NCBI RefSeq assembly: GCF_001194135.2
Contig: NC_068982.1
Location: forward strand, 59,097,270-59,161,037
DNA length: 63,768 bases
Direction of reading: 5' to 3'
DNA from: Octopus bimaculoides
Lineage: Eukaryota
Part shown: piece after piece, positions 24,655 to 37,645 of the stretch
Layout of the letters: each line of letters starts with the position of its first letter
Position numbering within the stretch: the stretch's first letter is position 1
Translations under genes and position numbers: made by a program
Notes under the pieces: generated by a model
Told to the model about the DNA's origin: nothing
Seen by the model: only the letters and a program-made list of their open reading frames with translations
Database searches by the model: none

Positions 24655-25376
24655 TAAAAAGATATCTATCACACTGGTGTGTGGTTATATGTGACAGAAG
24701 AATGGCGTGTTTGGTTATTTATATGTGTACAGTTATCTAAGTAATATATGTGTGTGTGTGTATATATATATATATGTATGTATGTATGTGTATATTTATG
24801 TACACATTCAATTACACGTATATTTCAACAATTATGTGACATACAGCCACATTGTAATATGTATGTCTCTATGTATCTATCTATCTATTTTTCTATCTAT
24901 ATATCTACTAATCAATCTATCATTTCCCCTCTCTCTACCCATGTATGTATGTGTGTGTGTGTGTGTGTGTGTTTGCACATTTGTAAAGTTCTGTGTGTGA
25001 CTGAATATGCGTGCATGTAAATTAGTGGTTTTGTGTGATTGTATATACGAGTATGTGTATGCTTACGTACATATATCAGATCACAATCTCTGTGCATATA
25101 CATCTATGTATGTCTAAGATTGTGCAAATGCATCTTAAGTTTAGTGTGTATAATGCATTTACACTGTGTGTACATGTATTTTTCATTTGTCTGCCTATCT
25201 ATATTTTGTTACAGATATTCTTTTTTATTACTATAGAAGCAATGTGGCAGTGAGTGTTTGGTATTAGACTACCAACATAGACATCAGGAGTTCAGTTCTA
25301 ATGCAGGTGTGTCATTATGTATTTGGGCATCATGTATAATTCTACATCACTTAATTTACCTATCAGGAATAGTTAC

Positions 25377-25427
25377 CAGACAATTTAGGAATATTATTCA
25401 GAAGATTTACCATTCTATCTCTGAACA
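25377..25427 (-). CDS. Candidate 51-nt phase 1-1 exon
   Basis: ccacatttacag|TG TTC AGA GAT AGA ATG...TTG TCT G|gtaact reads (V)FRDRMVNLLNNIPKLS. Confidence 0.3.
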
Positions 25428-25604
25428 CTGTAAATGTGGAACTTATCACTAATCGCATCGAATGATAAAGAACAACCACATTGCGAGATATCCATGCAGC
25501 AGAAACATATGTCAGACTGAGGCTTAGATTAGATATGCCGTATAACTGACTGTAATTATAAAAGCTGTGTTGATGTATAATTCTCCTTATCTATTTGAAT
25601 AGTC

Positions 25605-26018
25605 ATATATCATCATCATCCAATGTTTTAAATTCAGGTTTAGTCCCCATTAATGTGGGTGGTCAGATCTACCTCAATGCCATAGCAACTACCCTCACAC
25701 CATTTCACCATCTTGTCCGGTTTTGGGCGTCCTCCTTTTTCAAACCAACCCTCCCAATCTCCTCCTCCACCTGTCCCCCACCTTTTCTTCAGTCTACCTC
25801 ACTTTCATGCTCCATTTACCTCAAACACAATCATCCTCCTCAGAACATGTTCTTTATCCCTCCTCAAAGCATACCCATACCACCTCACTCTATTCACCCT
25901 TACCAACCATTCCACCGATTCCTCCAACCCCAGCATTCCCATCAAAATCCTCAGTCCTCCTCTTATCAAACAGCTTCACCCCACACATTTCTCTCACCAT
26001 TGCTCTCTCAGTCCTTCT
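25605..26018 (-). mobile_element. RTE LINE 3' fragment
   Basis: The minus strand reads ILRRTERAMVREMCGVKLFDKRRTE / LMGMLGLEESVEWLVRVNRVRWYGYALRRDKEHVLRR...GRLKKRW...EDAQNRTRW. It has a (GAT)n tail. Confidence 0.85.
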
Positions 26019-26226
26019 CAGAATTACCATATATATTATTTAATAGACACAATACATGCTTTTATGTGCTACTAATAGTTCTATATGATGAGAAATATCT
26101 CAAACATATTCAAGAGGCACAGACCACATATAACAAATTAAAGAGAGAAGAAATGTGAAATGTTGAAAAAGGAAGCATATAAAAAAATGTAGATCAAATA
26201 AATGTAAGGTAAGATCCCTAACTCAC

Positions 26227-26271
26227 CACAGAACTCTAGGTCTGAAATTTTCAGTGATTGTAAACATATGA
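26227..26271 (-). CDS. Candidate 45-nt phase 1-1 exon
   Basis: gtattcag|TC ATA TGT...TTC TGT G|gtgagtt reads (V)ICLQSLKISDLEFC. The donor is strong and the polypyrimidine tract is weak. Confidence 0.3.
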
Positions 26272-26448
26272 CTGAATACATTTTGAAGAATTGAAAAATT
26301 CCACTTATACCTGATTAACTGGTTGACATAATTCCAGCCTTATAATTTAAAGTCTAAGGAAGATTATTCATTTACCTTTTCTTTTTTTTTTTTTTTTCGT
26401 TTTCAGTTTTCTATATACTTCCTTCTTAACTTTTTGTATTTCCTCTTT

Positions 26449-26505
26449 CATGCCTGATGAATACATTTGAAATATTTCTCAATGTATGAAACTATTAGTA
26501 ACATA
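26449..26505 (+). ncRNA. Type I hammerhead ribozyme candidate with decayed stem I
   Basis: CAUGC-CUGAUGA-AUACAUU(uga aauauuuc uc)AAUGUAU-GAA-ACU-auu-AGU-A-ACAUA. The core is intact, with a 7-bp stem II, a 3-bp stem III and a GUA site. Stem I pairs at only 3 of 5 positions. Confidence 0.55.
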
Positions 26506-27758
26506 TAATAACATGTGTTGTGTCTGCTTGTTGTGACATCACATGACTGTTGTATTAATTTTGAAAATTCTGTGAAAACATGTCTGGGCAATAATACCTT
26601 GCTCAGAAACAGATAAGAGTTGGCAAAAGAAAGAGCTTATGGTTGTGGAATATCCGCCTCAGTAAACTCCGTCTGACCAATTCAAGCATGGCAAAGTGGA
26701 TATTAGGAGAAGAAGAGGATGATGATAATGAGGAAGAGGAGGAGGAATTATATCTGTATCATCATCCTCATCATTTAATGTCCGTTTTCCATGCTGGCAT
26801 GGGTTGGACGATTTGACAGAAGTTTACCAGCTGAAGGGCTGTTCAAGCTCCATATCTGTTTTGGCATGGTTTCTATGGCTGGATGCCCTTCCTAATGCCA
26901 ACCACTTTACAAAGTATGCTGGGTGCTTTTACACAACACTGGTATCAGTGCTTTTACATGGTGTCCCATGGGTGCTTTTATGTGACACTGCACAGGCACT
27001 TTTACATGGCCATATGTAAGAATATATAATTGGATCTTGGATCTTTGTGTCTTGCAACAGGAGTGTGTGGTGCAGGCACAAGTTATGGGGTTACGGTTAA
27101 GAAATTTTCTTCACGAACATGTGAGCACAAGTTCAATTCTATCACACAACACCATAGTCAAGTATCTTCTTTGATAGTTCCAGGCTGATACGATTGTATT
27201 TATATGCCTTTTTCTTATGCTTTTGTATATGTATTTTGTACTCATGTGCAGTTTTGTGTATTTATTGTGTTGTGAGCATTTGTGTGACCTTGTTTCAATA
27301 CAGATATATGTATGCTTTACTGTACAAATAGATATTTAAGTTATAGTTAGTCAATGCAAATCCAGCTGGAGCATCACATTTATAAAATCCTTACTTGTCT
27401 ATCTACTATTCATATTATCATTGCCCAAGTATAACTGTAAATTGTCAGATTCATTAGAGCTTGTAGTATTCTGTTCTGCCAATGTCAATTATTTTAATAT
27501 TTGCTGAAGATTGGGTTTTTTTCTCCTGGGAACCAATAAACAAGCTAAGCAGCATAGGTTGGGAAACGATGTATGCATTTAGTGATTTTTGTTATTTAGT
27601 GATGACCATTCGTACTTATTGTATCAATAAAGAAAGAGCTAGTAGTTGATTATTCTCTCTCTTCTTCTCTAGAATGAATCAGCTGTGCTCAGGTTCAGAT
27701 GACCAAGACTTATGTCACATTGGTGTCCCTACATTTCCATCAGAAGATGAGGGCATAA

Positions 27759-27982
27759 CCATTCTGACACCAACCCACAAGTGACCACTCTTGATTCTAT
27801 GATACCAACTTCCTGATTTCAAGTGATCTAAATTAAAACCTTCCATCAATATTCCATGTTAATTTTATGTTCCTAACACCAGACTAATAATGACGAAGTT
27901 ATGTTACTAAATTCTTTATTATATTTCAAAACTAATTTAAACAAAAGGAGTGATTTCCAAAGAAATATAGTAAATGAAAGGG
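27759..27982. mobile_element. piggyBac-type MITE (family P1)
   Basis: ATAA|CCATTCTG...TGAAAGGG|TTAA. Homologous to 14858-15071. Confidence 0.65.
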
Positions 27983-28074
27983 TTAAGATAGAAACAAAAG
28001 AAGGAAAGGAATCTCAAACTGTTGTTGTTAAGTCTTTTCACTTAGTATTCTTACAAATAGAACAGGATATTTAA

Positions 28075-28292
28075 CTCTTTAGCATTTAGAATACTGTCAA
28101 ATTTAATGCTTATTTATTCACTTTGTTTTGAATTAATCATTTATGATCTTGTAGCGTTGAGATTTCGATGATGTAATTGTATATTTTTAGAATAACATTG
28201 TAGGGTAGATGTGAGAGGCCAGATATGGTCAGCTTGAACATAAAACCAATAGAATGTTTTGGCTAGATATGGCCAGTTTAAATGCTAAAGGG
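28075..28292. mobile_element. piggyBac-type MITE (family P2)
   Basis: TTAA|CTCTTTAGCATTTA...TAAATGCTAAAGGG|TTAA. Confidence 0.85.
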
Positions 28293-29024
28293 TTAATTAA
28301 AATATTTCTTGTGACTTAGCACTTGCATCAACTTAAATAAGACAGATTGTGTAGTATACAGAAATGACCCCACTCTATTAAAACCTTCCGAGCAAATGAG
28401 GAATATATGATATTTTTGAGGTCAATGAGAAACCCTCTGCAAGGTTACTTATTTTACTAGAAATAGCAGGCAAATTATCCTTTAAATTACCATCTTTAAA
28501 AAAATGTATATATACATTAGATAATTTAGGTCTGGTAACAGCTTCAGAAAAAGAATAGATGGGATAGCTGGACTTCAATATATTTAGTTGTAAGTCTATT
28601 TAAACAGGGTTAACTTGTGACTAAATCACAACAACAACATCAAAAATAGATGATGCATTTGCATGAGCCAACAAGACTTGTGGGCCAGAAACTGGAGCAT
28701 GTCTGTTAATTGTTATATGCCAATAAGTTTAGAAGCCCTTATCTGGATGTAGTTCAGGATGTCTCTGTGTATACTAATGGCATTGTTCCAAATGGAAGAG
28801 CAGTGCCCCACTGAAGGTCTCACTTGAACCTTGCAGAATGTCAGCAGCCACTGGGGGCTGAAATATTTTCTGATCCTGAGTCATGTAGAGAATTATGAGA
28901 TATAAATATATAAACACTTTCATTTTGTGATTTGTGGTAATTAATAAATGAAATGCTTTGAAATAACTTTTTGGATAAAAAAAATGGAACTTTTATTGTT
29001 TCTTTATCAAGAACCTCATCTGGT

Positions 29025-29235
29025 GTCAAATTTTGGCACAAGGCCAGAAATTTCCTGGGAGGGATAAATTCATTACATCAACCTCCAGTGTACAACTGGT
29101 ACTTATTTTATCAACCACAAAAGGATGAAAGGCAAAGTTAACCTCAGTGAAATTTGAACTCAGAACATGAAGGTGGACAAAATACTGCTGAGCATTTTGC
29201 CCAGCATGCTAACAATTCTGCCAGCTCACTGCCTT
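29025..29235 (-). mobile_element. SINE-B
   Basis: CAAATTTTGGCACAAGGCCAGAAATTT tail and AAAGGATGAAAGGCAAAGT core. Confidence 0.8.
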
Positions 29236-29269
29236 ACAACCTCAGTTAGTAAAAAGTGTCATAGTTGAG

Positions 29270-29905
29270 TTTAAAGATGAAGTTCATCACTTTGATTGGC
29301 TAGTACGTGTGGCCTATTTAAAACCACATCTTATGTCATATATGAATTAAATTTAATTTCACGGGGATGAACATATATACTTTTACGGTTTTTGAGAAAG
29401 TGAGAGCAACAGTTGAGAAACTGAATTTGTGAAAACAACAGGTTATAAAAAAATGAATTTTGAAGTTCTTTGGAGCATTATGTAATTTTTAAAAAAATAA
29501 TTTTCTCTTAATCCAAACCAACAAAATATGGATTAAAGATCCAATCAGTGTAAAAATAGAAAATGAAGGAATGTTACAGTTAAATGAAGCTGAAAGGGAT
29601 CCTTTCATTGAACTTTCATGCGACAGTGCTGTAAAACAAAAATCTGACATCTTTCAATTTAATTTTTGGTTAGGTTTTCAAGAAAGATATTCAAATTTAT
29701 ATGAAAAAGCTGTATGATTTTTAATGCTTTTGTTACAACTTATAACAGCAAAACTGAATTCTCTACTTTGGTTTCCTTAAAAAATAAGCATCATAAATGA
29801 TAGGTTGTCAAACAAGATTTGATGCTAAAATTAACTTCCTTTCTTTTTGATGTACAATTGTTATTTGATAGCAAACATCATCAGCTTTTACATTCACATT
29901 TCTAA
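29270..29905 (+). pseudogene. hAT (Charlie/Buster, FAM200/ZBED-like) transposase C-terminal remnant
   Basis: Fragments WLVRVAYL, TVFEKVRATVEKLNL, WIKDP, FIELSCDS, FWLGFQERYSNLYEKAV, TTY, FSTLVSLKNK and DLMLKLTS match the hAT dimerisation region. Many stops and frameshifts. Confidence 0.75.
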
Positions 29906-30295
29906 AAAAAAAAAAAGAAATCTCTTTTGCGTTCTAAATTTTGTCAATTTTCTTTCATAAATAAATACATGCTTAATTATATTTTGTAATTTATAACTTT
30001 GTTCAATAAACTGTAGAATTTAATTGTATTTATGTATTTATCATCAATCCTCTGGCCAGAAACTTTTGTAGGTATAAAAGAAAACCAAATTAGACATGGC
30101 TGTGTAAGTAATGGAGATCATTTCATAAGCACATGGTCTTGAGTTCAATTCCATTGTGTACAACCTTCTGAGATCTCCTCCCTGTTCATCTTTTCTGCAG
30201 ATGTTGACATGCAACAACTAATGACTCACGTGTGCAATTCGTTGACAGAAATTGCATAGAATCCCACCATATGTGTGTACATATCTATCTATCTA

Positions 30296-30352
<57 letters not shown>

Positions 30353-30993
30353 CTATCTATCTATCTATATATATACACACATATTTGATAAGCAAATAAT
30401 GGTCAGTGAACGGAAAGTCATCTGGCTGTAAAATACTACCTTAAATGAGTCTCTGCTCACACCATGAAAAAACAAATCCGAGAAGGAATGAGTAAAAGCA
30501 AAATTATATATTTTAAAAGCTGGTTTGTCTTCTGACACCATATCAAAAGCGCACTAGGCTGATTACATCACAGGAAAATATGGCATTGTTTTAGCCAGGC
30601 CAGCTTGAATTACATTGCAGGCTACTTTAATCACAGAAAGTTAAGTTTTTGAGGGTCTCTTGTATACTGACAGAATTGAAAGCATTTTGCTTTCTCGTGC
30701 TATTATTACAATAATGAATGAATGATTGTTAATTCAACACGAAATATTATCTTTGCAAAAACAGTAGTATCTTTAGAAATGATCTAATTATAAATCTCAC
30801 AGAGAGAATTAAGCAGCAGTGTTATGATAAAGCAGTTGTATACTGTCAACTTAATGTGACAGTCCCAATAAGGGAATCATACTGCTGCTATTTAGCCCTA
30901 GGAAGCTGGACCGCTTTCTGTCGGCCTTGACACATTTCCTGTGTCCTTATATTTGCGAGGGGAAGACAAGCACCTTCACCAGCCTAGTGTGCA

Positions 30994-31036
30994 TTCAGGG
31001 ACATGTTTCTGAGTTATTGCTCGTCATCAGCCTGAA
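30994..31036 (-). ncRNA. Minimal type I hammerhead ribozyme candidate (GUC site)
   Basis: The minus strand reads UUCAGG-CUGAUGA-CGAG-caauaa-CUCA-GAA-ACAUGU-C-CCUGAA. It has a 6-bp stem I, an intact core, a 3-bp stem II with a C.A base, and a palindromic stem III ACAUGU. Cleavage would fall between 31000 and 30999. Confidence 0.75.
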
Positions 31037-31234
31037 GTAGCAAAACCAGCTGGTCGAAGATATAGTAGTGTCTTTCTGTTTTACTTTTCATTACAATCTT
31101 TAATTTTTGATAAAATTTTTTAAAATGCTTGTCTAAATAAACCCCTTTCAAGAAAATATCAAGCGGGCTGCACGATAAAAGGTTAGCCAGCCCTGTTTTA
31201 GGCAGATATGGCTGGCTGGTTTTCTTGAACATTT

Positions 31235-31877
31235 CCTAATCCAGGATAGATGAGTATTGGGTTCATCCCTTTAAGTTATAGACAAAGAGACAGTCCAGGT
31301 AGTGGAAACACCCCTCCTCACTTACTCCAAAGGCCAAGGTCGTTGCATCTGCAGGGAAGGTGATGGTCTCAGTTGTTTGGGATGTAAAAAAACATTGTCT
31401 TTATTGACTATCTTCAAAAGGGTCACACCATCACTGGAGAGTACTAAGCCAACTTGCTGAGACAGTTATGAAAAGCCATCAAGGCCAAACGTCCAAGAAA
31501 ACTAATGAAAGGGGTTTTGTTTCATTGGGTCAATGCTCCAAGCACATGGCTACTGTGCATGACTGTGGCTTTGGACTGATTGAACACCATTCCTATTTTC
31601 CTGATTTGGCCCCATCTGGCTATCATCTGTTCTCCAACATGAAAAACACTTGGCTTGGAACCAGTATGGCAGTGATGGTAATACTGTATCTGCTGTTGAT
31701 GACTATTTTTTAGCAGCAGGATGAAAGCTTCTTTGTTAGTGGGATACAAGCATTGCAACACCAATAGAAGAAGTGCTTGAACCACAAGGGGAGACTATGT
31801 TGAAAAATAAATCTCATTTGGTCACATTCCATGAGAGTATTTTAGTCAGCCTATGAACTTTCTAATTGATGCTTGTA
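31235..31877 (+). pseudogene. Mariner (DD34D) transposase remnant with right terminus
   Basis: DEYWVH...WKHPSS..PKAKVVASAGKVMVSVVWD..NIVFIDYLQKGHTITGEY*ANLL...GVLFH.VNAP...HHSYFPDLAPSGYHLF...KKCL...DYVEK*. It ends GGCTGAC-type TIR then TA. Confidence 0.9.
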
Positions 31878-32971
31878 AGTAAAACAACACTGGTTAGTGA
31901 GAAACAAGAGTGTATGCACACAAATATGCATATACAACATGCTTCTGCACTCACCAGGAATAAGTCATCCTGGAGCAACAACAGAAGGCATGCCCAAATT
32001 GCCAAATACAGTGGGATTGGACCCTAAATGACATGGTTGCAAAGCAAACATTCTTACCACAGAGCCATGTGTTCAGCTTAAGCACACATCATTGCCTATA
32101 TATGTATATTTAGACACATATATTTAAGCATACACACCCACTCACCCACACACATATTTATTTAAAGACACATATACATATTTAAATGCATATATATATA
32201 TTTAAACACATATGTAAGTGTATATGTATATTTGTACATATATACTCACGCTAAAATACACATGTGCAAGTATTGTCACATGAGGAAAGAAAGAAATGTA
32301 TAGTAAAGTAAAAATGGGTTTTTAATAGTGTATAGACTTTCAGTGAAATGTTAAAAAAAAATGTAAGAATAGTAGCATGTTATTAATCTGTTTGGAAGAC
32401 GCTTGTAAAATGTACAAGATCAATGCTATTGACCGTGAAATGTTGCGGAGGTGCCTCGCTAATAAACAGTATCTATAACTCAGTAATTTAGTGGAGTCTA
32501 AGATAATAAAAACAAGATGAAGTTAGTATTTTCAGTATATGTGTTTCAGTTAAAGTGATAAAAGACATTGATAGCTCGGCGTTTGGAAGCAATAGTTATC
32601 AGAGTTATCATAGATTACTGTAGTTGATGGCAGCCACATGAGTATAATGGATAGTAATGGTAATATGTGCAGAAGGAATATTGGCATGTAAGTTGCTGCA
32701 CCATGTAATGATATATATGCATGTCTATGCCATGTATTGCGTATGTATGTATGTATATGTGAAAATGAATATGTGGTGCAGTGTGAGGATTTTTTAAATT
32801 TGTATGTGGATATGTTTGTGTGTGTAAGTAAATGTGGGTGTATGTAAATATTTTGTGTCAAGATATATAATACTAGTGCATTTAAGTGTAGGAATGAATA
32901 CATACATGTCTGTGTGTGTTTGTCTGTGTACATATAGATATATGAATATGTAAGTGTACAACCCCCACACT

Positions 32972-33016
<45 letters not shown>

Positions 33017-33055
33017 CACATACATATATAATTACATATATATGTACATATACAG

Positions 33056-33109
<54 letters not shown>

Positions 33110-33195
33110 CATGTATACATATATATATAATGATATATATACATATATAGACATATATACAAATGTATGTGTGTATGTATGTATATATATATCAT

Positions 33196-33229
<34 letters not shown>

Positions 33230-33829
33230 AATATAGATATATACTTGTATACAAATATACACACACACATGCATAACACATATGTATTTTATATAAATAT
33301 ACACAGATACACACCAGCAGAGACACCCAACATTGCTTTGTTGCAGAACATGTAGAAAAATAATGACTTATAAAGAGTTTTTGCATGCCACTTAATATGT
33401 AACATTTGCAGGTTTTTTTATTCTATTGTAGTTGCATGAAGTTAAATTTTTTCCAGGTTTCTATAATGTGCAAAATATCTGAAACTGTGTTCGTTATCTT
33501 TTATTTCTTTCAGTCATTTAACTGTGGCCAAGCTGGGGCATTGCCTTGCCAGATTTTCAATTGAATGAATCGATCCAGGTCTTATTTTTTAAAATTCTGA
33601 GTGTCACTCTCGAGGCTTTGGTTGGCTCAAGGTTATAGCGGGAGACACTTGCCCAAAGAGCCATGCAGTGGGACTGAACCCAGAACCATGTGGTTAGGAA
33701 GCAAACTTCCAATCCTGAATATTTATTGGACATTTAAAATTTTTGACATAAAATATGCTATCTTTATTTTTTTACTTTCTTTTATTCTAAATTGAAATGA
33801 GACATAGAAACCAAGAAATTAGACCAGAA

Positions 33830-34060
33830 ATGAGTTTTGATCTGCAAAAACTCTGGAGATGACATTTCTTGTCTTACAGTTTGGTGCTCTGGAAAAAATA
33901 TTCACTTGGCTCAATATAAAACATACAACATAGAATTGCCTATGAAAGAAACATGAAACTGTGTGTTCAACTACAGCAACACTGTGAAACTTCCCCTGAG
34001 ACTTGTTGATAATCATAGGAAAAGACACTGGAAACTGAAAGTGCTTAAAACTGAAATAGC
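33830..34060 (-). pseudogene. Helitron PIF1-helicase C-terminal remnant
   Basis: FKHFQFPVSFPMIINKSQG...CFFHRQFYVVC...APNCKTRNV matches the Helitron QFP..L.FAMTINKSQG...CFSHGQLYVA.SR...KT.N.V motif. Confidence 0.8.
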
Positions 34061-34689
34061 ATATCTGATGCATTTCAGGAAATGCATAGAATGCAAACAT
34101 TTCCCATAGAGCAATTAATCATAATAATAACATTAAAAATTTGACTGCTAGCCTGATATCAGTCTTGGGCAAACTGTAGCTAGTGAGACATTCTGAATGG
34201 TATGTCTAATGAAAAATTATCTTGAATTTTTTCTAAGTAGCTCAATCCACCTGATGATGAAATTACGTTTTGTGTGGCATGAGGTTGCTCATGTCTGACT
34301 TGTATAGTTACAGTATTTTAGTGCATCTAAATTTCAAGGCAAAATAATGGATGCTCCAAATTTCAGTAGCAGGTTAAGTGAGGAAGGACACTGATGTGCT
34401 GAGAAAAATTGAGAAAACTGTTATTGGGCAATTCACAACATCGCTAACAATGGCACCCCGCCCCATGATGAACTCATCAGGAAGGAGATAACACTGGATC
34501 CTATTAATTTCTAATATGCTCAAGTTTTATTTCATTTCAATTACAGGTATACCTGAGCAGTTACAAAAGCTCATGTCACAACTATGTGGTTTCTGTTTTT
34601 AGCTCACTGTGCAGCACCTTACTGAAGCCCCTGGTTACCTATGACATGTAAATGAAATACGATAAATGGAAACTACACAGAGGTTAATC

Positions 34690-35546
34690 ATATATTGGTG
34701 GTGTGGGGGTGTTAATTATATTGATCCCAGTACTTGATTAGTACTTTATTTTATCAGTACTAGAAATATGAGCTACAAAGATGATCTCAGTGTGATTTTA
34801 ATAAGCAAGGTATTGAACTCATTCAAGTATCACAAAGTACTTGTCCAACATCCTAATAATTCTGCTAATCCATAATTATAGTTGTTTCTAACAAAAGCAC
34901 AAAACCTGAAATATGAGAGTGGGAAGGAAGAGTTGATTATGTCATGCCAATACTGGACTCATATTTATTTTATCCATCTGGGAAGAACAAAAGGCAAAGT
35001 TGACCTAAGCAGAATTTGAACATTGAAGATGAATAATTGGTATGAATACCACAGGGCATTTTGTCTAACTCTCTGATGATTTTCTAATCCACAACTCTAA
35101 TAATAATAATCCTTTCTACTATATGCACAAGGCCTGAAATTTTGGGGGAGGAGTTAAGTTGATTACATCAACCTCAGTGCTCAACTGGTACTTAGTTTAT
35201 TGACTCCCAAAGGATGAAAGGCAAAGTTGAACTTGGCGAAATTTGAACTCAGAACATAGCAGCAGGTAAAATACCAGTAAGCATTTCAGCCAGCATGCTA
35301 ACATTTCTGCCAGCTCACCACTTTAAATATTATTATCAATAATAATAATAATGATAATGGTTTTGTATTTTGGTTCAAGGCTAGCAATTTTAAAGGGAGG
35401 GTATGTTGGTTGCATTGACCCAGTGTTCAACTGTTACTTATATTATCAACCCAGAAAGGATTAAAAGCAAAGTCAACCTCAGCAGAATTTGAAATCAGAA
35501 AGTAAAGATGGACAATGGAGTTCTAATGATTTTGCCAGCTCATTGA

Positions 35547-35599
<53 letters not shown>

Positions 35600-36605
35600 T
35601 GATGATGATGCCCGGATGCAGTACCAGGCAGTGGCTCTCATGGCTTCTTATCTTAACTGATTGCAAGTGTTATCATGTACATTGTTTTGTCTTGGTATAA
35701 AAGATGGGCTACAGCAAATATTCTGCTCAATACCACAGATTTGCTTGTCAGTTGTTTGACCTTAACCAGTTGAAAATGTCCCTTGGTGACTGACAATGTA
35801 TGCATCTCTAATCACGAGCAGAAGTAGTGGGGTAGCATCATAGCCATGTGTTGAGAGGAATTCTTTAGGATTTGGATAATTCACCTTTGGAAACATGGGC
35901 GTTTTGTTCTTCATCCTTAAACAACCCTTATTCAGGGACCTTTTGAGCAGGATGGGCTACTCACCCGGAAGAAAATCCTAACTGGGCCCCACCTACAAGA
36001 CCATGAGCTGTTTATCATGATAGGAGATCACTATGTCATGCACATATGGTTGTGATGCATGTGTCTGGTGTACCCTTATCAGATGGGTAGTCATGATGGG
36101 TCTACTGGGCTTCGTATATTTTACCCCAGTGTCACTTTGATAGCATGCACAGCTCTCTCACTCAATAATAATAATAATAATAATCCTTTCTACTATAGGC
36201 ACAGGGATTGAAATTGTGAGAAGGGGATAGTCAATTACATTGACCCTAGTACTTGACTGGTACTTTTTTCATTGACCCTGAAAGGACAAAAAGCAAAGTC
36301 AACCTTGGTGGAATGTGAACTCAGAATGTAAGGAAGGATGAAATGCTGCTCAGCATTTGGCCTGGCATGCTAACAGTTTTGCCAGCTCTAATTTTGATGC
36401 ATGCTAATTTTGGTACAATGGCACCATACTCAAAGGGAGGTCCAAGTTGTTTACACTGACCTCACCACTTTACTGGTACTTAATTTTATCATCTCAAAAG
36501 AATGAAAGGTAAAGTTGATCATGGTGGGATTTGAACTCAAAACACTAGAGTCAGATGAAATGCTAAGTGTGTTATCTAACTCACTAACAATTCTACCAGC
36601 TCACT
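34690..36605 (-). mobile_element. Second nest of about six same-orientation SINE-B copies with (TAA)n spacers
   Basis: Approximate copies at 34690, 34880, 35110, 35358, 36184 and 36410, with the same tail and core motifs as 13804-14027. Confidence 0.8.
35610..36183 (+). mobile_element. Unclassified GC-richer repeat with (TAA)n tail, probable LINE 3' region
   Basis: Composition contrasts with the flanks. It is bounded by (TAA)n/(TGA)n on the left and ...CTCTCTCACTC(AAT)n on the right. No ORF is recognised. Confidence 0.45.
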
Positions 36606-36643
36606 GACTTCTTTGAGAAAATCATTTATTCTAAGATAACTCT

Positions 36644-37132
36644 CTTTTACTCTCTTTACTTGTTTCAGTCATTTGACTGCGGCCATGCTGGAGCACTGCC
36701 TTTAGTCGAGCAGATCGACCCCAGGATGTATTTTTTGTAAGCCTAGTACTTATTCTATCGGTCTCTTTTTGCCAAACCGTTAAGTTACGGGGACGTAAAC
36801 ACACCAGCAGCGGTTGTCAAGCGAAGTTGGGGGGACAAATACAGACACACAAACATATATACATATATACGACGGGCTTCTTTCAGTTTCCGTCTACCAA
36901 ATCCACTCACAAGGCTTTGGTCGGCCNNNNNNNNNNAAATACAGACACACAAACATATATACATATATACGACGGGCTTCTTTCAGTTTCCGTCTACCAA
37001 ATCCACTCACAAGGCTTTGGTCGGCCCGAGGCTATAGTAGAAGTTACTTGCCCAAGGTGCCACGCAGTCGGACTGAACCCGGAACCATGTGGTTAGTAAG
37101 CAAGCTACTTACCACACAGCCACTCCTGCGCC
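36644..37132 (-). mobile_element. SINE-A, young copy (contains a 10-N gap with a duplicated flank)
   Basis: Nearly identical to the 48183 and 58119 copies, with head ...ACCACACAGCCACTCCTGCGCC. Confidence 0.9.
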
Positions 37133-37591
37133 TACTGTTTATAAATTAGATAGATGATTGAAAGTTTGAGAGCGGGGAATAATCAAAGCCATTGACTCCA
37201 ATACTGCTGCATTCTTTTATCATCCCTGAAAAGACGAAAGGCAAAGCTGATCCTGAAGAGATTTGAACACAGAGTCTAAAATCTAGAAAAAATACTGCCA
37301 GGCGTTTTGTTCCTTGGCTCTAAAAATTCTTGCCAAACAAACAAACAAAATTAAAAAATAAAATCAAAGGAAGTTTTTACATTCCGAGATTGATGGACGC
37401 TTATAGATGTTCATTAATATAACATTAAGTAACTAAATGTTTAAAAATAGTTCCAGTATTTTGCAGAAATATGAATGGCATACTTAAGACTACCATGGAA
37501 GTTAATCCTGCAAACCATTGCACAGAAAAACTTATTGTGAACCCTACAAAGAGAGATTAAAGAAGTGAAATATTCAACATTCAATACTTAC

Positions 37592-37645
37592 CTCTGTCTT
37601 CTGTTTCAGACTCAGAATGAATTTGTTGTATTTTGGTACTCAGTT
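37592..37645 (-). CDS. Candidate 54-nt phase 1-1 exon, unknown protein
   Basis: cttctattcttttatag|AA CTG AGT ACC...GAC AGA G|gtaagta reads (E)LSTKIQQIHSESETEDR. Both splice sites are consensus, the other two frames contain stops, and the sequence is non-repetitive. Confidence 0.45.

Noticed and set aside
34245-34285. CTGATGATGAAA
   Set aside because: There is no stem II and no stem I pairing.
36836-37026. 90-bp direct repeat inside SINE-A
   Set aside because: The two copies are identical and flank a 10-N gap, typical of an unmerged contig overlap.
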